Positions 50,559 through 61,492 of a DNA stretch of 64,000 nt are shown here, piece by piece. Origin of the DNA: Kondoa subrosea (lineage: Eukaryota). The position numbers and the translations under genes are program-made. Below the pieces are notes generated by a model that saw only the letters and a list, made by a program, of their open reading frames with translations, searched no databases and had not been told where the DNA came from. Every line of letters begins with the position of its first letter. Positions within the stretch are counted from its first letter, which is position 1. The stretch covers positions 248,001 to 312,000 of the forward strand of contig BCIN01000005.1 in NCBI GenBank assembly GCA_039545335.1, in the 5' to 3' direction.

Positions 50559-53500
50559 ATGGCTTCTGCACCTATTGATCTAGACCTGTTCCCTTCGTCT
50601 GACGAGGAGATCAAACCTTCGAAGAAATCGCTTGGAAAACGCAAAGCTCATTCGCAAAGCAGTCAAGATGCCAAAGGTTTCGAATCAGAGACAGACGAGG
50701 ATGAAGATGAGAAGAAGCCCTTATCCAAGATGGCTCAGATTCGAGCTCAAGCTGCAGCTGCCAAAGTTCGTCCTGTCGCTCCCTTGCCTTCTGCTGGTCC
50801 CTCTCGTCTTCCTGCCCCGGACAAGAAGCATGCTGTGTCTAGAGGCCGTGATAATCCTTTCTTGAATGGAGGTGGGAATCTTCACAAAGGTGCTCTCAAT
50901 GGTGGTCTCAAGCATTTGAATGGCAATGCTCAAGTCAAGAATCCTGCTTTGAACGGCGGAGGAGCTCATGCTGGTCAAGCAAATCTTGCTCCTTTACCTG
51001 ATGGTCCATTATGTGAAGCGCATACCAAATGTCGTGGTGCAGACAAGTATTCTGGTAAGCTTGTTTGTCAGCTATCTAGATTGTTGATGTGCTCACACAT
51101 TGATCAGGTCGTAATCTGATCCATCCTAATACCAGACTGGCCTTTCACCGAGAACCTTCTAACCCTTATGATCCAAGTGCTATTCAGATCAAAGTCGGAG
51201 CATCAGCTGTTGGTTATCTACCTCGTGGTATCGCTGGCAAATTAGCACCTTTCCTTGATCAAAATCGTTTGACTCTAGTGATCAAAGCAGACAACATCAC
51301 TAATGCTAAAGCTCGCAAAGAATTTGATATTCCAATCATTCTCAGCATTTATGGAGATCCTACTCTAGCCTTAGATCCTGATCTCGCTTGGGCTTTCAAT
51401 CAGAATCCAGCCAACAATCATCCGGATGTGAAAAGAATTATGGGTATAGCTGATCCAAGCCAACCTCAACAAGCGCAAGATCCTCTCAACCCTGATGTAA
51501 ATATGGATATTGAAGCTATACCGAATCCTATGGATACTTTGAGGGAAGAGAACGAGCGAGCGAGAAGAGTTGCTTTGAGAGCTAATGGGTTGCTTGGGTC
51601 TATTTTCGGAGAGGGATCGGCAGATGTGGCTTCGTTGCCTGTTTGTGGTCAACCTGTTGGTTTCAAGACTATTCTGTACAAGCATCAGTTGCAAGGCTTG
51701 AATTGGATGTCAGTTTGCACATCCTTTGCATGCCTTTACCGTGGAATGAAGCTGAATTGGACGCGATTGTAGGGTTCACATGGAACATCCTAGACTACCG
51801 GAGACGGAGGAAGAACCTCCGGTACAGCTTTGGACCAAGATTAGCGATGATGATGGATTGAATCGATATTGTCATTTGGGTACGAAAAAAGTCGTTACTG
51901 AAGCGAGTCCGCCTAAGCTGTCAGTAATTAATATATTGCTATCTCGTATATAGACTGAGCTCGAGTTGTAGTCACCGAGGGGGCATTCTTTCGGACGATA
52001 TGGGTCTCGGCAAGTATGTTTAGATTCGCTGCTTTCTTCGCTACAAGCTGACAGAGCTATAGGACTATCACCACTCTCGCTCTTATTCGCTCACCAGTTT
52101 CAGGCGAAGGTGTCATTGATCCACCGGAAGATGAACCAGAAGATCCCAAACGTCGATACTCTGACGCGACGCTCATCGTATGCCCTCTTTCGGTCGTGGC
52201 AAATTGGCGAGACCAAATAAGGGCCCATGTCGGCGGATCACAAGAATGCAACTATCACGTTTATCATGGCAAAACGGGTACAAGCGTCAAGAAATCGACG
52301 TTGAAAGAATGTGATATTGTCATCACCACTTATCAGACTTTGGCTAACGAATACATCCTTGATGAGAATGGGGATCAAGTCAGAAAGAAAGCTAAGAAGC
52401 CAAAGAAAGATCAAGTTTTGGAGAATGGGACGCTGTACAAGATCAAGTGGAGAAGAGTCGTGCTCGATGAAGGCCATATCATTCGCAACCGTAAAACTCA
52501 AGCTTTCAAGGCTTGCAAAGCTGTTCGTGCTGAACGCCGCTGGAGTGGGTAGGACTTACAGTCTTGCATCGAAAGAACTGACCTGTCTTATTAGTCCTTA
52601 CCGGTACTCCTCTGATCAACAAGACTGAAGATCTAGGCGCTATGCTAGGCTTCACGAGGATATGTCGACCGCTAGATGACTCGAAAGAATGGAGTGCCTA
52701 TGTTGCTAGCAAAGTCAAGAGACATGACAAAGAAGGTAGCACTCTTTTGCGTGCTATTGTTCAGAGTGCCGCTTTGCGACGGTTCGTCATAGTTTGATAT
52801 TGGATCAAGGCTAATCTGAACCTCCGCTGACCAGAACCAAAGAGGTATCTAGCCTTGCCTGTATCCGAATGACGAGCCTAACGATTACTTTCTGCAGATG
52901 AAAGACTCGGAAGGGAACCGAATTGTACCGCTTCCAGCTGTTACGCATCACGTCTACAAGGTCAAGCTCGATGCAGACATCAGAAAACTCTACGATACTG
53001 CTTTATCTGCTGTTCAAGACCGTGTGAAAGATATGATAGATCGAAACGAGCATCTTCAGAATTACGTGGGTGCTTTGAACCGCGTTACCTGCTCAGAGAC
53101 TAAATGCTTTTATAGACCAACATTTTGACTTAGTAAGCCCTTTCGCTGAAGCAAGAGCGCTACTGATACACCTTATCAAGCTTGCTGCGCCTTCGTCAAC
53201 TTGCTTGCTCGCCTTCTTTGGTACCGGAAGATTTCCTAGAAGTTGCTCGGCAAGCAGCAGAACTAGGAGAAGAAGACGCAGTAGCAGGAGGTACTGCATT
53301 GACACCTGACCAGAAAGTAAAGCTCCGCAAAAAGCTGTTCGAGCAAAAAGACGAAGAGTGTCCAATTTGCATTAGTGAAGTAAGTTCTGCCTGGAACGGC
53401 TCAGCATTCTTTATTGATGTATTGGCATCAGCCGATGGAAGAGCCTCGGATTCTGCCATGTACTCATGTCATGTGCAAGTAAGCTTCGGTGCTCGTTCAA

Positions 53501-54723
53501 GCCTGATCAACGCTTATCAATCCGTAGTGGCTGCCTGCAAGAAATTGCTGACCGAGAACCAATCTGCCCAATGTTTGTGGCGTTCGAAAACTGCTTACAT
53601 ATCTCTGACTCAGTCTAGGTGTCGAGCTGGTTTCAAGCTTAAAGACGCTCTTGACCTTCCCGAAGATGTAGAGCAGTACGAAGCTGACCCGGCCCCGGGC
53701 GTTTCCGATTGCTATGCCTCAAAAGCGAAGGAATTAGTCAGACTTTTAAAGGTTACTCGTCAAGGCTCTCGTTCTCTGGTCTTTTCCCAATGGACTTCGC
53801 ATTTGCAACATTTGGAAGGTAAGCATTGTAGCTATCTCACACACCTGTGCTGACTTTACGTCAATAGACACACTCGATGACGAAGGCATCACCTATGCTC
53901 GATATGTAAGCGCAAAATGCCTTTATCGCAAAGGCATTTGTGCTAAGAATTGGACAGGACGGGACCATGAAAATGAGCGAAAGAGATGCTGTGATCGAGA
54001 AATTTAAGAGCCCAGGTGGTCCTCAAGTGCTTATGCTGTCTCTCGCTTGCGGCGCTCTGGGATTGAATTTGACGGTTGCAGAAAATGTCAGTTCCCATGT
54101 TTTGCGCATCCCTTCTCCTCGTCAATGTCTGATTGCTGCATGCAGGTGTTCTTGGTATGTGGAGCTCCTTTAGATTGAGTGCGCGATATTCACAAGACCT
54201 GACGAAGCTGGATCCCTGGTCTGTTGCATCTGCCTTTCAGATTTCCGTCGGCTCACTATAATTTTGACTGTTCCAGGTGGCAAGCAGGTTGGTCTTAAGC
54301 AACAGCACTGTACCTTTTGGAAGCTGAGAAGTATTCAATGTAGCTATTGAACAGCAAGCTATCGATCGAGTCAATCGTATCGGTCGTAAGTGCAGAAACT
54401 TTATCTTGTCCAGCCCCTAACACTACATCCAGAAACAAATCCCGTCCATGTCTTCCAGCTGATTGCTGAAGACACTATCGAAGATCGCGTTCTCGGTATC
54501 CAAGAAAAGAAGCAACGCATGATTGAAGGTGCCTTTTCTGGTACACGAGGGGCATTTCATGAGTGAGCTCTATGCTAGAGGACTGGAAATCACATCTAAC
54601 GTTGGAGTAGACGTGAAAGAGTGGAAAGCAGATTCAATGATATCGCTGATGGTAGGTGTTTTCATCTTCAACCTCTCACCAATTGCTTAGGCTATAAGTG
54701 CAGCTCTGGGCATCCGAATGTAA
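50559..54723 (+). CDS. HIRAN-SNF2-RING helicase / ubiquitin ligase (Rad5/HLTF-like)
   Basis: HIRAN-like REPSNPYDPSAIQI..VGYLPRGIAGKLAPFLD; LYKHQLQGLNWM; GGILSDDMGLGKT; VVLDEGHIIRN; C3HC4 RING [63 protein letters not shown]. Confidence 0.93.
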
Positions 54724-54761
54724 TAGGTCGCGATATCTACGACATCTGCTCTAACTTTACA

Positions 54762-55853
54762 TTACATCTTTGGAGCGCACTTATCGAATACTGCTTTCTC
54801 TGCCCAATTCTTCGGTGCTTGTCTGATCACAGTCTTTCCTCGTCCCCACATGATTGTGGCTTCACCTTCTTTCGGCAAGTCCAGGTAGTATAATTCGTTT
54901 ATGCCTTGCTTTTGCAAATAGATTCTAGCATCTCTATAATGCAGTCCCACCGCCTGAGGACCATGCGAGTCATCCGATAAACAGAACCTTGCTCCCATGC
55001 GATTCATGAGCTACCTTGACTTTCAGCACAACACGGACGGAAAAGCAAATTCTTCTAACCTGCAGCAACTCAATTCCAGGATAAGCGGTGTTCCATCCTT
55101 TTCTAAAAGCTGCCGCGTTGATCTCGAAGAGTGCGCCGTACTTGACAGCAGCCTCGACGTTTCGCATAATCCTCTTCCAGGTTGTAGGCATTTGACGAAA
55201 ATCAGTGTCAGGAATATAAAGACGACACAGGTCGAAGTGACCAATGACTTCTGGATGAAAACGTTGTATGAGAGCATATTGATGATCAAAGTAATCGTTG
55301 CAGAGCATTTCGAGACTTCCGTCGAATGAAGCTAATGCTTTGTCGAAAGTTTCCCGATCAAAATCGATGGGAATTCCGCGAACATGGTGTAAGCTGCCGA
55401 CCATGTAATCCAAATTGTGCTTCTTTAGACACTCATCGATTTCCGACAGGCTATCTTCGTGAATCACATCCGTTTCCAGTCCAACAAGAAGAGTGATACG
55501 TCCAGCGTACTCATGCTTCAGAGTGTTGGCTTCTTTGACATAGGATGAAAATATATCAGACAAATCAGAAGGAGACAGATCAGACTTGGGAAAAGAAAAG
55601 CATAAGATTCGAGAAAACAAGACAGAGGCATAGTCAACAAGCGCACTTCTTCAGGATACAGATCTTGTTGTCTAGATCTAGGCATATGTTCTGAGAGCCC
55701 GTAGACCTCGAATCCGGCTTCTACCGCGCTTGCTATCACTTCTTTCAATTGACCTTTCGCATGTCGACAGAATTGACCACTGGCACACAATCAACGCATT
55801 CTTCATTCAGTGAAGACTAGCAAGCACCTATGCGAGTGGTGACTCCAAGGCAT
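54762..55853 (-). CDS. HIS2: Histidinol-phosphatase, PHP family
   Basis: MPWSHHSHSGQFCRHAKG, GLSEHMPR, LLVGLETD, DYMVGSLHHV, VIGHFDL, FEINAAAFRKG, LSDDSHGP. Confidence 0.95.
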
Positions 55854-56158
55854 TTCCAGCTGTGGTCGCCTGTGGATAAAGTTGCTTTCTGCAGCTTTCT
55901 GCGGTGTCAGAGTGGATGGCAGTCTGAGCTCCCTTTGAGCATTCTGCTTCGTAGAGTGATTGAAGGCAGACTGCCAGTTCGCCTAGCTTTTGTCTTCCGT
56001 TTTGCTTACTTCCTCTAGCTGTAGCTTTGTATTTTAGAGGCTGTCTTTGACGTCTTTGTGTTGTGAGTTTTGCGATGCTCTGCTGGATGTGCAACCTGGC
56101 GGGATGTGCAAGCGTCTGCTGTGTCATGGGCTGAAGAATGCGGCCGCGTGACTGTACC

Positions 56159-56172
56159 TTGCTCAATCAGCA
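56159..56172. promoter_or_regulatory. Candidate shared SDR upstream element TTGCTCAATCAGCA (related copies at 57830-57843, 57853-57866, 59595-59607, 15310-15340)
   Basis: Same or related motif ~100-165 bp upstream of all four SDR start codons, in otherwise dissimilar upstream regions. Confidence 0.45.
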
Positions 56173-56312
56173 GGACAGGGGATTGTACAGTCACAGTACA
56201 GTCAGCCTCGCAAACAAAAAGGGTTTGCTTTCTGCCTTTCTCTCTGTTGTCTCATCTACACCTCCTCTTGCTTCTTGCTTCTTTGGCCCGTACAAAGCAA
56301 TTTCAGGAAATA

Positions 56313-57375
56313 ATGTCTGCTACCAAAGTCTACCTCATCTCCGGTGCTAGGTGAGCCCGATTGTACTTCGTCTAGACCGTAGCCTGAAGATCTCTCCATG
56401 TACTTGCAGCCGCGGTATTGGCTACCAGATCGCAGCTCAGCTCGTCGCGCGCGAAAATACCAGTAAGTCGACCTTTCCATAGTTTCGGTTACGAGCTGAA
56501 CTTCTGGAGCGCAGTCGTTTTCGCTGGTGCTCGCAATCCTGACAAAGCTACCGAGCTGAAAGCTTTGGAAGAGAAATATCCAGCTCGCCTTCATATTGTC
56601 AAACTCACTTCCGCTTCAGTCGAAGACAATGAAGCTGCTGTCAAGCAAATTGAAAGCAGAGTTGGTCACATAGATGTTCTCATCTCTAATGCTGGTAAGC
56701 TTGCAGGCCTGCACAACCTGTGAATCAAACTGATGCAAACCTTAGGAATCGCTTATTTCACTGGCACCGTCGCAAATACGCCAGTGGACCAATTCGAAGA
56801 ACAATTAAAAGTCAACACGCTGGGCCCTATCATACTGTTCAAGGCTGCTCGTTCTTTGCTGCTCAAATCAGCCGATCCCAAATTCTCGGTTGTTTCTTCC
56901 TCAGCTGGAAGTATTAGCAAGATAGAGCCCATGCCGAATGGAGGATACGGAGGTAGCAAAGCGTAAGCTTTCATGTCCAGCCATTGGTTTCAGATGTTGA
57001 ATTCAGGTTTAGCGCTTTGAACTACTTGACCAGAAAGATCAGCTTCGAAGAGGAAAAGATCACAACCGTTCTCTTTCATCCTGGTTCTGTAGTACGTGTA
57101 AATCTTCATTTCAAGGCATCTTGTGCTGACTTGAACTCAGTCTACCGACACAGCCATTGAAACAATGAAAGGCCTCGGAATGACTCTAGCAGAGGTGGCA
57201 AGCCTTGGATATGTCATAGTTTCACCTGCAGAGTCCGCTCAAGCTTTGATCGCTTTGTTCGACAAGGTGAACCGAGAAGAACATAGTATGTCTTTCATTT
57301 GGCTACACGAGACTTAGCTGACGCAATGTAGATGGGCACTTCTTGACCTACGAGGGCAAAGAATACCCATGGTAG
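56313..57375 (+). CDS. Short-chain dehydrogenase/reductase, tandem copy 1
   Basis: MSATKVYLISGASRGIG, DVLISNAG, YGGSK, GHFLTYEGKEYPW*; 6 introns. Confidence 0.93.
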
Positions 57376-57993
57376 TGGGCAAGTGGTTTCGATCGCGAGG
57401 TAGACAGGGAACGGGTTCCTTAGTGATAGCATTTGCATTGGTACATCTATCAAGTTACAGTTCGAGCATTTGTCCTGAAGTGACCATGTCAACAAGCTGT
57501 TTTGCTAAAGTCTGTGCATTCTCATCTGGCTTATTCGTCCTGCATCTCCTTGCGGTGCATACTATTCGTCAACAGCGCTGATAGCCTGAAGGAGGGTCAA
57601 GTTTTCGATCTTTAAGGTGTTTGAAGTCCCCTCAGGCATTCTCTTCCCTCTGAAAACCGAAATACTGACCGTCCGTGACTTAACTTGCCTTGCTTTGTCT
57701 ACCACTTCTAAACTTCAACATGTAGCATATGCTTTGGCTGTCTTCATCTGCTGCTGTCATTCTTCATTGCCTCTGTTGAATTTGCAACTCTTAAGCGAGT
57801 GCCGTTTCTGCTGCGTAATCACTCGGTATTTGCTCAATCAGCAATTCGGCATTTGCTCAATCATCAAATAAAGGGGTCTGCTCTGTCAGCATTGGATACA
57901 AAGCGTCTGATTTCCGCCTCTCTTGCTCTTGTCTCATCCACATTTGTTCTGACTTCCTTTGCCTTTTCCAAACAAATCCAACTTTATTAAACA

Positions 57994-59055
57994 ATGTCTG
58001 CTTCCAAAGTCTACCTCATTTCTGGTGCTAGGCGAGCCTTACTATACTTTGTCTGGGCCATGTTCTAATCTGTCCTGCTCAAACTTATAGTCGCGGCATT
58101 GGCTACCAAATCGCAGCTCAGCTAGTCGCACGCGAGAATACCAGTCAGCTAGGCCTTCTAATCTTTCAATTATGTAGTTGACTTGAAATACAGTCGTTTT
58201 TGCTGGTGCTCGGGACCCCGAGAAAGCTACCGAGCTGAAAGCTTTGCAAGAGAAATATCCAGCTCGTCTTCATGTTGTCAAGCTCACTTCCGCTTCCGTT
58301 GAAGACAATGAAGCTGCTGTCAAGCAGATCGAAAGCAAAGTTGGACACGTCGACGTTCTCGTCGCTAACGCTGGTAAGCTTTGAGATGTGCATAACCTTT
58401 TGATTACACTAATGCAAAAACTTAGGGATCGTGTACTTGACTGGTACTATTGCCAATACCCCATGGGAGCAATTGGAAGAACAGTTGAAAGTCAATACGC
58501 TAGGCCCTATCATTCTATTCCAGGCTGCTCGTTCTTTGCTGCTCAAGTCAGCCAATCCCAAATTTTTGGTCATATCTTCCGCCGCTGGCAGTATTAGCGT
58601 CATAGCTCCCATGCCGAATGGAGGCTACGGTGGTAGCAAAGCGTAAACCCTCATGTCTGAACATAGAGCCCAATGTTGAACTTAGATTTAGGGCTATCAA
58701 CTACTTGACCAGAAAGATCGGGTTCGAAGAGGAGAAGATCACAGCTGTCGTCTTTCATCCCGGTGTCGTAGTCAGTAAGAAAGGCTGCTAGGTACTTGTG
58801 CTGACTTTACTTTTGATCAGTCCAGCGACATGGGCAGTAAAGCTATGAAAGACCTTGGAATGACTGAAGCAACCCTGGCATCTTTCGGAGCTGTTTTGAT
58901 CTCTCCTGCAGAGTCCGCTCAAGCTTTGATCGCTTTGTTCGACAAGGTGAACCGAGAAGAACATAGTATGTCTTTCATTTGGCCTCATGCAACTCTGCTA
59001 ACGCATTGTAGATGGACAATTCTTGACCTACGAGGGCAAAGAATACCCGTGGTAG
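57994..59055 (+). CDS. Short-chain dehydrogenase/reductase, tandem copy 2
   Basis: MSASKVYLISGASRGIG (intron 1 needs a GC donor), DVLVANAG, YGGSK, GQFLTYEGKEYPW*; offset ~1680 bp from copy 1. Confidence 0.9.
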
Positions 59056-59747
59056 TCGACAAATTGGGTCGGCTACGGTAGACAAGACAGGTTACGAGCT
59101 GTATAACATCATCGGTATATCTGGGATTGCATTGGATTCGTTTGAGTACATGCTTGTCTTGATCGTGACCACGATTTGAGATCTTATCCAACGATCTGTA
59201 CTTATGAACTTATGAAATTGCAAAAATCGACTCCGCTATCTACAAGATAACTTAGGCGGGATTCAAGAATCGCACACCTCATCGATTTGACCTGCTCTCT
59301 GCTTTCCAATCATCTTTGACGATTCGGTCCTCGTTGTCTTTGCCCCCAGATACGACTAGCGAGGAAAATGCATGTATTGTGCCACTCACGGGACAATCCA
59401 TACTTGAGCTTTGGTGAAGCACTCGGCGGCAGGTAGGCTTCAAAGTCAGGGATTTGCCCGACATAATAGCGCGACTTACCTCCCGGTCTGTACGCGGAGA
59501 CACACTTTCAGTCCTCTTCTCCAGCAGCTCCGACTTGCTATCAATTCTACCGGTTTCTTCCTCCCTCTTTGCACAGTCGGGCTAAAGTCGGCTTTGCTGA
59601 CTGTGCAGACAATATTAGAAGCGTTTTCTTTGCAATTCCTTTCGTCTGGAGTATCTGTTGCTCTCTTTCTCGCTCTCATCTTACTCTGATTCCCTTGCGG
59701 CTGACTCGTATAGTATTGTAGCTGCACCACCCAAATACTCAGCTTCG

Positions 59748-60821
59748 ATGCCTGCGCCTAAAGTCTACTTAGTCTCAGGTGCCAAGTAAGCATACGGCCT
59801 GCATTTCGACCAACATTGCTGATCGTTGATTTGCAGTCGCGGCATTGGCTATCAGATAGTAGCACATTTGATCGCTCGAGAAACCAGCAGTCTGCATGTT
59901 CTCTTGCAATGCTGATCACACAGCTGACCGTCTAATGTTCAGTTGTCTTCGCTGGAGCTCGTGATCCTGCCAAAGCTACCGAGCTCAAGGCTCTGCAAGA
60001 CAAATATGCAGAGCGCTTGCATATCGTCAAACTCACTTCAGCTTCGGTGGAAGATAATGAAGCTGCTGTTAAGGAGATAGAAGGAAAGGTTGGTCGCATT
60101 GATGTGCTCATCGCGAATGCAGGTCAGTCGCTTCTTGTCTGCACGACCCGATTAAAGCTCATCCGCTTACTTACAGCAATTGCTTACAAGTCTGGTACGA
60201 TCGCTGAAGCTCCGCTGGAACATTTCGAGGAGCAATGGAAAGTCAACACTCTCGGTCCGATCGTGCTCTTCCGAGCTGCTCGAGCTCTACTGCTCAAATC
60301 AGCCAATGCCCAATTCTTTGTCATCTCTTCCGGTGCTGCTTGCATCACGGACATGATAGGTAGTCTGCCGTATGGTCCCTATGGTAGTAGCAAAGCGTAA
60401 GTTTGTATATGCTTCTTGACATTCCGTCGCTAAAATACAAGGCACAACCAGAGCGATGAATTATCTTACCAAAAAGATCAGCTTTGAGGAAAAGGACATT
60501 ACCGTTGTTTGTTTCCGGCCAGGAATGGTTGTAAGTCTCTTTCCTTTTTCACCTTTGACACGCTCAAACGATCTGGAACGAATAGTCAAGCGATATGGGA
60601 CATCAAGCATTGCAAGATATGGGCATGACTGTGGCTGATATGGCTTCGCGTGGAACTACTATACTCACTCCCTCGCAATGCGCCGAACGTTTGGTCGCGT
60701 TGTTCGACAAAGTCAATAGGGAAGAGCATAGTATGTCTGTTTTTGACACGCATGCGTCTTGTCTTAAGAATGCGTAGATGGTCATTTCATAAGTCACGAA
60801 GGCGAAGATGTCTCATGGTAG
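59748..60821 (+). CDS. Short-chain dehydrogenase/reductase, tandem copy 3
   Basis: MPAPKVYLVSGANRGIG, DVLIANAA, YGSSK, GHFISHEGEDVSW*. Confidence 0.92.
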
Positions 60822-61492
60822 CAGAGTTAGGAGCATGCATTTCAGTCAGGACTTGAACCTCGTGAGAACGAAGCAGATCACGAGACATACACAGAGCAAC
60901 GAGACAATGATGATGAGTATCGAACGAAAGGACGAGAGACAATGCACCACAACAAGGTAGCACATAAGGTAAGATCTCGAAATGGGAATATTGATCAGAT
61001 GTGGTGATTTCAATCCATTGCACACGGTATACTAGACGGCTGACTGGATCTGCTTGCCTCAGCTTGATTGTTTGCAGACAAGATGAATAAAAAAAAATAC
61101 TGCGCATGGTCAGCCATCTTCCACCTTCAGCTTGGCTCTCTTCCGCTCGAGCAACGATGTGCTAAGGAAAGGCAGATACCAGAAGAAGCCTGTTATACCT
61201 CGTGCTAGCTGTGATAACCTGAGACTTCGACAAGACCCCTGTTACCGCGGGAAACTTGAAACAATATATCGAACTTCTGTCGTCTTTGGCTCGATTAGCG
61301 CCCAGCTGTATCTTCGCAACGTCCACGTTTGTGGCTCCTGTTACGTCAAGCTCAAAGAGTAGCTCGCTGGATTTCAAAATACAAAGGGAATACAGCAAAC
61401 AGAGCAGAGCTTGGGTCTTTTGCATTCGTCTGCAGCAAGCTGTACACTCTTCATTAGCAGACAACATCTAGCCAGTCGCTTTCCGGCTCAAT

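Noticed and set aside
60905..60935. TGATGAG...CGAAA resembling a hammerhead ribozyme core
   Set aside because: Lacks the CUGA start, and I could not pair stems I-III.
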